Positions 40,121-52,800 of a DNA stretch of 64,000 bases are shown piece after piece; within the stretch, counting starts at the first letter, position 1; the number at the start of each line of letters is the position of its first letter. Both the position numbers and the translations under genes were made by a program. Location: NCBI RefSeq assembly GCF_002113885.1, contig NW_018404512.1:1133642-1197641 (forward strand), given 5' to 3'. The stretch comes from Mizuhopecten yessoensis. Taxonomy: Eukaryota. The notes beneath the pieces were generated by a model. It was given only the letters and a program-made list of their open reading frames with translations. It did no database searches and had not been told where the DNA came from.

Positions 40121-43100
40121 TTTTATATTTTTTTTAGAAACATACAATATGCAGCATTATGTATATGTTGTTGATAATACTAAGTTGTTTACAACAGGTC
40201 AGTATAATATCACCAACAAAAACTGTACAAACTCACCATTCCCTACTACAACAAGGAGGACGTCACTGGTATGGACAAAAGATACTGGCACGACATCTCG
40301 GACACAACACACAACTACAAATACTCCAACTCGACCAACCACTGCTGATGGGCAACCAACTCCGCTACCGACAATGTCGACATTTATTGGGAGGATACAA
40401 ACAACTTCGGAACAACCTACTGGAGACTCTGTATCTGGTTAGTTAATATCACCTTGTTGGTTTAACTTGATGATGTTAACATTAACAACGTGTGACACGT
40501 GCAATATACTTTCTACAAAACAAAATTCTAGATTTGTATATGTGTTGCTGTAGAAACGTGACACGGTAAAAGAGGTAAGGAAGGGTTACGCTGTTTATCA
40601 ATGTATCTTCTATCTTCGTACAATTTCGAGTCATAGGATATTACTCCCGCTCCGTGAATTACATGTATACTGCTTTGTTCCGTCTGTCAATCAAACCCTT
40701 TGCGGTCGTTTTTCCCCCAACAAATTTTGGTTTTTAATAAGAATATTTGCCTTAGACAAAATAAGAACATGCTTGGAAAAACGTGATAATATATATATAT
40801 ATGTCATTGAAATTTCAAAGGTATGTCTGAATTAAAACAAGTTCGGAACATTCGAATATGGGTATGATCGGTCAAAATTCACTGTCGTTGTTACTAGAAA
40901 TATTCTTTCACAAATATGATATTAACGTTCCTTGTTATCACTATATCGGTCGTATTTCCTGACAGAGTTTTACAAACTTTACATATATTTTTCCTAGACA
41001 ATGTTCTTGACACTTTCAAACATGCACATGATCGTCGGTCAAAGGTCAAGGTCATGTCGTTAAAGGGATCAACAGATAATAGATGGAATGTACATTGGAA
41101 TGGGGCATGCTACTTATTTCCTTTCTCTAGTTTAATCATTTAACACTTACTAAATTACATATTATCATATTATTTCACACATACGATGTTATGTGTGTAA
41201 ATTTGGATTTCTGTTTATGAGTAAATATTAGTTGTTAAATATTTTCAGGTGTTGGAATACACAGAATGATTATAGAAAACGATTAAAATGTATACCTCAC
41301 TCCTGTTGTTGTGGCGGTAGTGTGGCTTTGTATACTAGTGTTGACAATCGTCTTTCTTACCAGGTAAGTTGACCTGTAATGCCAATTACACCTCCTGAAG
41401 ATAGTGGTAAATGCAATTATCTATCGAACACATCCGTAATTTGAAACGAATATAAATCGCTTTGTTTGAATCTGCAGAAATTGGTACATCATGTTTGCTT
41501 TACTGTCTAGACCAAATGACAAACCAAGTTATTTGAAATAAAGATTAACGTCTATAGTGTAGTGTATTATTAAAGAAATATAATATGTATCTACTAAAGA
41601 CTTCGTTCAATGTTCTATAGATGAAGTAGTTAAATACATCATGTAATGTATTGAAGGTGAAATATAGAGTATGCATAGGAAAGACTTGTTTATACTGCAT
41701 CATAGGAGAAAAAAAGCTGTATCTAATTAATTGTTTATTTATTGTATTATTGGAATTCTATTTTATATTTAGTATACAAAGTAAAAAGAATTTATCATCC
41801 CTACTCTGTACGGCCTAGGCCTCTTTTTTGCGAGTAGTATTGTTTCTATATTTGCCAATGGCTAAAAACATAAATAAAAAGGTTTATTTTGAAGCGAGCA
41901 TTTTCGTGCACACTCTTACCATCCAACTCGGATTTATCAAAAATATTTACATTTTCCGTTCTTCTTTTTTCCCGGATATGTCCCTGCCTTCAAACCCAAA
42001 TGGAGGTCCAGGATGTACCAAGTGCAGTAAAGGTTTGTGTATGGACATATTGTATAAACTACGTGTACTCTTTATATAATGCGCAATTACATTTGTATAT
42101 GCTGTTTTACTATCTGTGATTATGTATTTCTTAGCATACATATACTATATCTGTATTATGTGTATAAAACGCAATATGTATATATCCTTTACTACTTGTA
42201 TATTGTTTTATTACATCCTTGTTGTACGAATACTTGCTGCAACCAGGAAAACTCAAATATGGCGTCATTTTATAAATCACTTTGATATTTACGTTGTACA
42301 GTGTTTTGAATGTATGTCGATAAACAATTCATTCCTCACTCAGGTGTTTCTTTCGCCTAGGACAAGTCACTTTTGGCTTTGTGCGATGGTTTGTTGTCCG
42401 TCGTCGTGCGTCGTCTGTTGTCCGTGTATCCTCGACACTCTAGGGGTAAGCTAACTTTACTCTCTCTCCAACCCTAGACTGTGTCTAAAACTAAAAGCTT
42501 GCGGGTAGCTATGTCATTGGTCTAAGTTACAAATATCCTGACCAATCGCTAGGCTTGTATCTGTATTTTAAGGATTACATAAGAGAGACACCTTACTTCA
42601 AAGCCTGTCTATTTTACCTTTACGCGGCCAAAGATTATTTTGATTTACATCCAATGATCAAGCTAGTCTTACCGTCTCATCCACAACGTGACTTACATCA
42701 AGCCTTTGACTTTGTCCTGTAGTATTCCAGGGTTGCAGAGAACGTAAGTGAGCGTACTCCCTAGATATCAAGGGTGTTGTCCGTAGTGTGTATGTTAACA
42801 ATGACCTTTTTAAGTCTTTTCAAAACAACACATCACATACAATTGTGCGTAGGGAAGCCATTACATGGTAACCTCCCTCCAGAGGTCCGACAGTGAGGCT
42901 AAAAGAAGTGAAACTGGTTAACATTATAAAACCCGTCTAGTTCAGTCCCGGGTCTCACAATTAAATACTCTTCTTTATGGAGGGAAAGTGCTTTGTCAAA
43001 AATGATGAATTTTATTACCCTGGGTCATCCATACTCAAATATCTGTCTCCAGTTTATGTAAAATGATGTGTGACACTATATTCCGTATTATAAAATACAA

Positions 43101-44024
43101 GGTTTTGCATCATACCTGATGTATCTTAGACACATTTAAATGAAAATAATACCCCTTAATTTATGAAGCAAACACAAAAGTTTAGCTCAAAACAATGTTC
43201 TGAACCAAAAAATATTGTCAGTGACTGATCACTATGTTATAGGTTACAAATCGGTCAGATCATACAGTATCGAATCATATATCATCTGTGTTTTAGAATT
43301 AACACAGTTAAAACGATTGTCCATGTGAACGAAATAGGTAATGTTTTTTTTTATATATTATGCAAACATTTGACCAATAAATGTATTTATATTCATAGAC
43401 ATGCTATTTCCATTTGTACATTATATGGTACATGTAACAAAGGTGTTACGTCATTGTTTTCCTGTGTTTATATGACGATTTAATAACGAACGTCTTTTAT
43501 CAAATTATTACATCAATCTCTCGCCTAGTGTACGGTTAAACAACAAATGAACTTTGACATTATGATAACTACGACATAACCTAAGCATATACTAGTATCC
43601 AATCAGCATCGAAAAGGGGATCTTTCGTATTGTTGTTACATAAACCAATCATACTAATTATTGTGTTTCATTGCAACATGGAACATTCTGACCTACTCAT
43701 GTTGTAGATGATTTGGAAAGATAGAATATAATTGATTCATATTCATGGACGTATGGTGGTTAATGCATAAACAAAATGTTTTTTTTCTTGTCAAGAAATG
43801 AATGATAAACTTTCAAATTAACTTTATTTATATTCAACATTTTCAGATCTTCGTGATATACGCTGACCTCTTTTACATACTAAGGAGACACGGAATGTAT
43901 TAACATATTCTCGATAACCTGTTTTTGTAAAAATATATCGAAATTCTAAATTCTGGATAATATGAAAGGTTAAATTCAACGACATTTTGAGGGACTATTT
44001 ACACGCATCATGACGGGTTATTGA

Positions 44025-45720
44025 GAGACAATATGACAGGTTAGTTTTAGACGATATTACGAATAGTTTAATGACTACTGGGGGAGCTACTTTCTGACAA
44101 TATGATGTTTTACTTATAGACAATTTAGCCAGTTACGAACAAACATTATGACGGGTGCTTAATTAATAATATTGCTGGTAATTTATGGACAATATGACAG
44201 GTTACTTATGAACAATATCAACTTTACTTGAATCTATCCAAATAGAGGCTGCTCGAATAATTACAGGACTGCGTAAAGGAACCTCACACTATAAACTTTA
44301 CTGTGAACTTGGTTGGGAGACCTTGCTGCAAGACGAAAAAACACAGACTTATTCTTCTATACAAAAATCTTACAGGAACTGCAACCACTTATTTAACTGA
44401 ATTAATTGAACCCTTTTTCAACAATATGAACTCATACCTATTGAGAAATGAAAGAATCTTTACAATTCCTGTGTGCAGAACAAATACTTATGCCAAAAGC
44501 TTTATTTCGCCTTCACTTAAATATTATAATGACCTGACTAACATCACATCACTATACCAGTTTAAACAACTTTTAAGAAGAGCTGTAAGTGACATCATGT
44601 TACAAGACACAAGTAGAAACTTTACCTTTGTCAACGCAGGTGATAGCAAATACAACATCATACTCTGCCAACTTAACCTTAGTAACCCAAGTAACCTTAA
44701 TTTTGATCTACACAGAGATCATCTTCTTGAATCACCAACGAGTACCTGTGGTGATGCCCATAACACAGTACATCATTTATTTTTTTTCTCATTAGTAACA
44801 AGTATGATGAACCACGTAAAACCCTTAAGGATAACTTATTTGATGTTAATCACAATCACTACACTCTGGATGTACTTATATCTGGCTGTGGTGATTATGA
44901 TGAACAAACCAATGTAAATATATTTGATTGTACTGCCGAGTATGTCACAGCTACACATAGATTTCCACATTTATAATACATTATATATTTCTGATTTGAT
45001 ATTATGTCTCTTAAATATAAAAACCATCAGTTACGACTGTGCTTCTACAAACTAAACATTGTGTGTCATCATCACCCTTTCCTTTTCCTATGACCGCCTT
45101 TTCCCCCTTTGATCTGATAGGCATATATTTTGTTTGTTTTGTATGCTAAGTATCATTCATCCTAATTATAGCATAGTGTTGTTTTATGTGATAGAATTAT
45201 TAGTAAGTAAGGACAATCTCATAATGGTGGACCAATTCAAAACCTGAGTTTGCATCTTTCTGTTTACTCAATTTTGTCATTCATATAGTAAAAACAAATT
45301 ATAAAAAGATTGGAAAATCCTTGATTTACCTACTTATTAACAAATGGCTACAAAATATTGATTTGAATCAACCAACACTTCAAAGTCTGCCAAATTCTTT
45401 CTTTCTTAATTATCTTTACTATGAAAGTCAGAATGCAGTATCCATGACTGGCCCCAAAACTCATGGGTGAATGACCAGTGGCTGATAAGCCAATATGGAC
45501 ATGTTTGGTCTGTATCCCATGAGTGGAGGGAATCCTGTCATGGATGTTAGATTCGAGGCTCTAAAAAATTATAATTTTGGAAAACATAGTGAATACACTA
45601 TTTCATATATTATAACAACTCTTAAATGTTGTCCTTACTTCCAAACTCATATCTCATATTTAAACATTTTATGTTTCATACTTAAAATAATAAACTTTGA
45701 AATTTCAAAATAACAACATA

Positions 45721-45766
<46 letters not shown>

Positions 45767-46090
45767 CTCATTGTTACCTCTAGGAGAGAACTAATATAGG
45801 CTATGCCTATCGTTTTTCTAAATGAAACACTATGACAGATTGTTTATGGACAATATGACGGGTACTTAAGAGACAATATGACGGGTACTTAAGAGACAGT
45901 ATCACGGGTAATTCTCGGACAATATGACGGGTAACATACGGATAGTGTTTAAGGTAAATTACAGCCAATATCACGGATAACGGATACTATTACTGACAAG
46001 ACAGTGTTTATGTTGTAACTGGTTACTCAGCAATAATAGATGGGTTACAAACGGAAGGTATGACAGATTGTTAAGAGACAATAAGGCAGG
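44025..46090. repeat. ~22-bp minisatellite (gacaatatgacgggttacttat) split by an insertion
   Basis: Array at ~44025-44220 resumes at ~45826-46090. Confidence 0.75.
44221..44990 (+). mobile_element. 3' fragment of a CR1/L2-group LINE
   Basis: LESIQIEAARIITGLRKGTSHYKLYCELGWETL..RRKKHRLILLYK, with a C-terminal C.CG...HLFF remnant; frameshifted. Confidence 0.8.
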
Positions 46091-46816
46091 ATATGTTTTA
46101 TAGGAATAATTGTTAAAATGAGCTAGTCTGGAAAAGAGTTATGTATTATACATGTACATAATACATCTTTACCTTCTGTGTTACTGTAAAAAAGTGACAG
46201 AGGTATGAATGTCAGTTAGAAATAGTTCCATATTACAAATACACTTAATGTATTTTCAAAAACAAGAAACGATGGTGTTCTCAACAGTTAATACAAAAGA
46301 TCAACCACATGTAAGTGACGTCAGATTTGTTTTGATGTACAGAAACCATTATAAATACAATACCAAGAAGATATTACTTCCCTGTTCTCTTCTAAGTATT
46401 CGACCTGCGTGAGTTAGTCTTACTACTGCCAATACACCGTTATTATTCACACAAGTGTTCCCATGCACAATAGCACCTGTACTATATCTATGTGCTTACA
46501 TTATACATAATGAACCAGTATTAAGTTAAGGTCAATTAAAGCTTTACAAACTAACCGGGGCACCACAATCAGATAGAATGACACAATGGCAATTTAAAAC
46601 AGTAGAATATTTTCAGATGATTTTATTTAGTTCCAAACAAAAGTTAGCGATTGTTTCTAGCAACACAAAGTGACAAGAAGTCCCAGAAGGTATACATAAG
46701 AAGGAAGTAAAACATTTTGTGCTGGACATTACATGTCCACCGTAAGATGACATGATGTTGGGACAAGCGATCTAACTAGTTAACAATAGTATTGAGACGG
46801 GCTAACTTTTGACAAG

Positions 46817-49800
46817 ATGGCGCTGATTCCTGTGATGCTATTTCTATGTTACGTTAACTGTGTTACCACAGGTGAGAAAATAATTTGTTATTATTTGATT
46901 GTAACTTCCATTTTGGATATTCCGATATAGCAGAATACATGTTAATATCATAGTACTATTTATTTATCATTGTATTTACTGTAATACAACAACTCCATTA
47001 TAACGATACAGCAGGGACTCTACATATTTGTTGAAAGGTTGTCATCTTGTTTATCACATTAACACTAACATGGCACTTTACCCTGAAAGTTCTATTTATT
47101 TCAAACCTGTCTTGAAGATATGTCAATTTATACAAAATCGATTGTGTTCGTTTTGAAATTTATCAAATACTTTGTTTTATAATTGTGTCAATGTTAAAAG
47201 CTGCATATAACTATAATGTCATTTCATTCAAAATGTTTAAATATGTAACAATTAAATACTCACTTTTGATAGACAAAATGACAAAGTTGGTCACCATGTA
47301 CGTTATAAATGTGAGTGACCGTGTACGTTATAGATATGCGTGACCATATATGTTATAGTTGAGGGTGACCATGTATGTTACAGATGTGGTTGACTGTGTA
47401 TGTTATAGATATGGGTGACCAGATATGTTATAGTTGAGGGTTCCATGTATGTTACAGATGTGGTTGACTGGGTATGTTATAGATATGGGTGACCATATAT
47501 GTTATAGTTGAGGGGGACCATGTATGTTACAGATGTGGTTGACTGGGTATGTTATAGATATGGGTGACCATATATGTTATAGTTGAGGGGGACCATGTAT
47601 GTTACAGATGTGGTTGACTGGGTATGTTATAGATATGGGTGACCATATATGTTATAGTTGAGGGGGACCATGTATGTTACAGATGTGGTTGACTGGGTAT
47701 GTTATAGATATGGGTGACCATATATGTTATAGTTGAGGGGGACCATGTATGTTACAGATGTGGTTGACTGGGTATGTTATAGATATGGGTGACCATATAT
47801 GTTATAGTTGAGGGGGACCATGTATGTTACAGATGTGGTTGACTGGGTATGTTATAGATATGGGTGACCATATATGTTATAGTTGAGGGGGACCATGTAT
47901 GTTACAGATGTGGTTGACTGGGTATGTTATAGATATGGGTGACCATATATGTTATAGTTGAGGGGGACCATGTATGTTACAGATGTGGTTGACTGGGTAT
48001 GTTATAGATATGGGTGACCATATATGTTATAGTTGAGGGGGACCATGTATGTTACAGATGTGGTTGACTGGGTATGTTATAGATATGGGTGACCATATAT
48101 GTTATAGTTGAGGGGGACCATGTATGTTACAGATGTGGTTGACTGGGTATGTTATAGATATGGGTGACCATATATGTTATAGTTGAGGGGGACCATGTAT
48201 GTTACAGATGTGGTTGACTGGGTATGTTATAGATATGGGTGACCATATATGTTATAGTTGAGGGGGACCATGTATGTTACAGATGTGGTTGACTGGGTAT
48301 GTTATAGATATGGGTGACCATATATGTTATAGTTGAGGGGGACCATGTATGTTACAGATGTGGTTGACTGGGTATGTTATAGATATGGGTGACCATATAT
48401 GTTATAGTTGAGGGGGACCATGTATGTTACAGATGTGGTTGACTGGGTATGTTATAGATATGGGTGACCATATATGTTATAGTTGAGGGGGACCATGTAT
48501 GTTACAGATGTGGTTGACTGGGTATGTTATAGATATGGGTGACCATATATGTTATAGTTGAGGGGGACCATGTATGTTACAGATGTGGTTGACTGGGTAT
48601 GTTATAGATATGGGTGACCATATATGTTATAGTTGAGGGGGACCATGTATGTTACAGATGTGGTTGACTGGGTATGTTATAGATATGGGTGACCATATAT
48701 GTTATAGTTGAGGGGGACCATGTATGTTACAGATGTGGTTGACTGGGTATGTTATAGATATGGGTGACCATATATGTTATAGTTGAGGGGGACCATGTAT
48801 GTTACAGATGTGGTTGACTGGGTATGTTATAGATATGGGTGACCATATATGTTATAGTTGAGGGGGACCATGTATGTTACAGATGTGGTTGACTGGGTAT
48901 GTTATAGATATGGGTGACCATATATGTTATAGTTGAGGGGGACCATGTATGTTACAGATGTGGTTGACTGGGTATGTTATAGATATGGGTGACCATATAT
49001 GTTATAGTTGAGGGTCCCATGTATGTTACAGATGTGGTTGACTGTGTATGTTATAGATATGGGTGACCATATATGTTATAGTTGAGGGGGACTATGTATG
49101 TTACAGATGTGGTTGACTGGGTATGTTATAGATATGGGTGACCATATATGTTATAGTTGAGGGTCCCATGTATGTTACAGATGTGGTTGACTGTGTATGT
49201 TATAGATATGGGTGACCATATATGTTATAGTTGAGGGGGACTATGTATGTTACAGATGTGGTTGACTGGGTATGTTATAGATATGGGTGACCATATATGT
49301 TATAGTTGAGGGTCCCATGTATGTTACAGATGTGGTTGACTGTGTATGTTATAGATATGGGTGACCATATATGTTATAGTTGAGGGGGACCATGTATGTT
49401 ACAGATGTGGTTGACTGGGTATGTTATAGATATGGGTGACCATATATGTTATAGTTGAGGGTCCCATGTATGTTACAGATGTGGTTGACTGTGTATGTTA
49501 TAGATATGGGTGACCATATATGTTATAGTTGAGGGGGACTATGTATGTTACAGATGTGGTTGACTGGGTATGTTATAGATATGGGTGACCATATATGTTA
49601 TAGTTGAGGGTCCCATGTATGTTACAGATGTGGTTGACTGTGTATGTTATAGATATGGGTGACCATATATGTTATAGTTGAGGGGGACTATGTATGTTAC
49701 AGATGTGGTTGACTGGGTATGTTATAGATATGGGTGACCATATATGTTATAGTTGAGGGTCCCATGTATGTTACAGATGTGGTTGACTGTGTATGTTATA

Positions 49801-52800
49801 GATATGGGTGACCATATATGTTATAGTTGAGGGGGACCATGTATGTTACAGATGTGGTTGACTGTGTATGTTATAGATATGGGTGACCATGTACATTATA
49901 GATTTTGGTAAACATATGTATTATCGATATAGGTTGCAATGTAAGATGTTGATGTGACAGAGGGATAATGATTAATTTGCTTGTTTTCTTGTCCTCTATG
50001 ATGATATAATAGTTTTTTCGTTCTTTTTCCAGACACTGCGTTAGAATGTTTCATTTTTTATAAACGTTTCTTTCCAGGTTAATTATCAACACAGATCAGA
50101 CAGATTGTTTAGTAAAGTTTGAAAAAAGGAACATCACATTTTACCCTGAGATCATTGTCTGACTTCTGATGTGTTACACACGGTTTGTAAGCGATAATGC
50201 CAGGCCTAGCAGAAATTATGTAGGGAAAATGTGTATGATGAAAGAATATGTGACGCTCATAAAAAAGTTAAAGTTTGTGTGATGTACCAAACGTTTATAC
50301 CATAGGTCAAGGATCCATTATGATTATAGTTTCCAGGAAACCATAAGCTCTTGAAATTTATTTCTATACGATAAAAAATGCTTCTAATAATGTAACATTA
50401 CCAAGTTGTGTTAAATACATAATCACTCTATTTTTTATTATATTAATTGTGCTTTTTAAGATCCTTGCCTGACCTACGAAGAGTTCCAGGTGGATTATAA
50501 ACGATCGCCAGGTCACGTAGCAACTGTATACGAAGATAGCCTGTGTGATGTGTTGGTCCGTGAGAAGTGGTACCGGTTTGTGGGGGAGGCTGGTGGTGAC
50601 ATGACTAACGACAGAGAAAGTCTGATGACAAACAGCTGTGGTACCGTCTATCCTCTCTGGATGGATGGTCAGTGCTTTCTGATATACACGTTTGTTTATA
50701 AATATAAACATACCTTTGAAGACCATGATCAAAGTCATATATTTACCTAACAACGTGAGGTCTCAATAGTGCTCTACAACATTTACATGGCATTCATATA
50801 ATCTTTCATGATAATGTCTTATTTTAAATGCCATTTATGTTAAGACACGTAATAAATAGGTCCGGGTACTGTGACTCTTTCCTGTATAATTTCAATGCAT
50901 TATATATTTAATTTGATTTCATTAATCTACCAATTTAAAATAAAGTCAAAGAACTGGTTTTATGTTATTTATGCGACGAACTTGTTTAATTCATTAGAAG
51001 ACATTGATCATTACAACAGATGTCAATGGAATGAATTTACTCTAATTTAAGTTAACGGATTAAATATGTATATTTTCAAATATATCCACAAAGGATTTTG
51101 TTTTAAATATTCTCCAGGTGAGATTCCTGAAGTTGCTGAAGGGATCGTTGACAGAAAAGTTTGCTTAAAGTCAATTTTCTCGTCGTGCCACAAGTCATTC
51201 ACAATCCAGGTTAAGAACTGCTGTTCATACAGAGTGTACTACCTCCACAGTGCGAACATGTGTCCGTCCTCTTACTGTGTTAGTAAGTACCATTTTCAGA
51301 TACACTTATAGATGTATTGGAAATAAACAAAACATGAATGAAAAATCGTCGGTTGAAATAAACAAAACAAATTTCAATGGCTGTTTAATTCATTAGAAGA
51401 CATTGATCATTACAACAGATGTTTAAGTTTTAATGTTTTTTATTTAAGTTTTTCATAATAAGTTTTTAATGTTTTTCATTTAAGTGAGGCAGTGGAAAAT
51501 GTCTTTGATATAACCAAATTACTTTGTAGATGAAGGGTTAGCCATTCTGGTTAAATTGTCAAGGTTAACAACCCGCCTCTTGTATAATCTGTCTGAATTA
51601 TCATAACATTTTATTAACTTTGCAATACAAGAGACAATAATATATACGTTGTGAATGATACAAAGGACCTATGCTTTGTAGTAAAACGTGAGCCTCGTGA
51701 CCGACACAATCTTTTCTATATATATGCTATTCATTTTGGTCTAATAAGGAACAGGAGAATAAATATGAAAATTGCATACTCCTATTATTTTGATAATTCA
51801 TGATACTGTCGTACTGCCATGGTGATGGCTCGAGTGATATTGACCAATTAACATATATCCTAAGGATTCCACTAAAAACCTTCAGGTCCCAGTCTTGTTC
51901 CTCCTGTCGACTGCCCCGGTCCATCTACGAACTCTACTACACGTGCCTCAACTACGACTGAGACAACTACATCTGGGGATACTACTACCGGTATATCTAC
52001 GAAGGAGACGAAAACTACCACGCAAACAACTTCGGCAAAAACAGGTACTAGTGAGTAAGAGCTTGCCATTTTTGTGTAGAATCTGATATAGTATATGTGT
52101 ATTGATGATTTCCGTAAAATGCGGACATACCGGTTTATAAAGTGATAGCAATAAATAGGTATTCTTCATAATTAAAACCGACACTTTGAGGACAATTTGT
52201 TTAAATCTTTCAAAGTAAATTCACAAATCACAATTGTTTGTTTTTTGAATAAATCAAAGTAGAACAATTTATTAAGTTTTAACATTGGATATTTATTTAG
52301 AACGTCTTCCATAAATGGTGTTTTTTTTTCATTTTGGAGTATTAAAGTGACACAAACATTTTTAACTCAATTGCCACAATAATATACATCAATGTCATCA
52401 TTTACGTTCAGTACTTAACACTAACACTTAGGTCACCTGTAGTTGGTATTTCTTGATATATTCTATTGTAATAACAATTTGAAATCAAGAACCCATTTAA
52501 ATATCCTTTATTTTTCGCAAAAGGTTTTAGTTTAGCAAGTGTGTTTTGGAGTTGTCTTAAGTTCAAGTACATATTTTCTTTTGATTTTGATGACATCTCA
52601 ATTACTAGCTTTAATAACTCCTGTTAAAGTTGTATGTACATGTATATAACTCCTTACAATAACTTTCATTCACACTAAAGAAATATCAACGATAACCTTT
52701 ATAGAATGAATAACAATAACATTATACCAATTGTTTCAGATGAAGTGACAGCACCAGCATCAGAAAGAAGCTCAGACCCAGTAATCTTTGTGCTAGCAGT

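Larger units (their letters stand above)
31752..41363 (+). pseudogene. D8C-mucin-TM receptor pseudogene (copy P)
   Basis: D8C exon a 31752-31946 (DPC..CDSSLVVKWYRS..CNDLNACGTGCPSWMD, frameshifted); D8C exon b 32302-32896 (EFPND..KMCIRSMFASCQLTW [SINE] IRMKNCNTFYVSELQQASTCPSAY(MY)CFG); Thr-rich stalk exon 40198-40437; TM exon 41249-41363 with in-frame TAA at 41284-41286. Same exon phases as the intact paralogs. Grouping these exons into one locus is inferred. Confidence 0.75.

Noticed and set aside
41773-41818. Possible tail exon for pseudogene P (SIQSKKNLSSLLCTA*)
   Set aside because: The phase fits, but it is short and has no similarity to the B or C tails; unsupported.
42340-42440. gtccgtcgtcgt microsatellite-like motif and ggtcaaaggtcaaggtca motif (also ~41035) suggesting Helentron-type MITE pieces
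   Set aside because: Fragments are too short to define boundaries without a repeat library.
47290-49900. Regular array as possible CRISPR or coding repeat
   Set aside because: Head-to-tail identical units without spacers, inside a eukaryotic intron.
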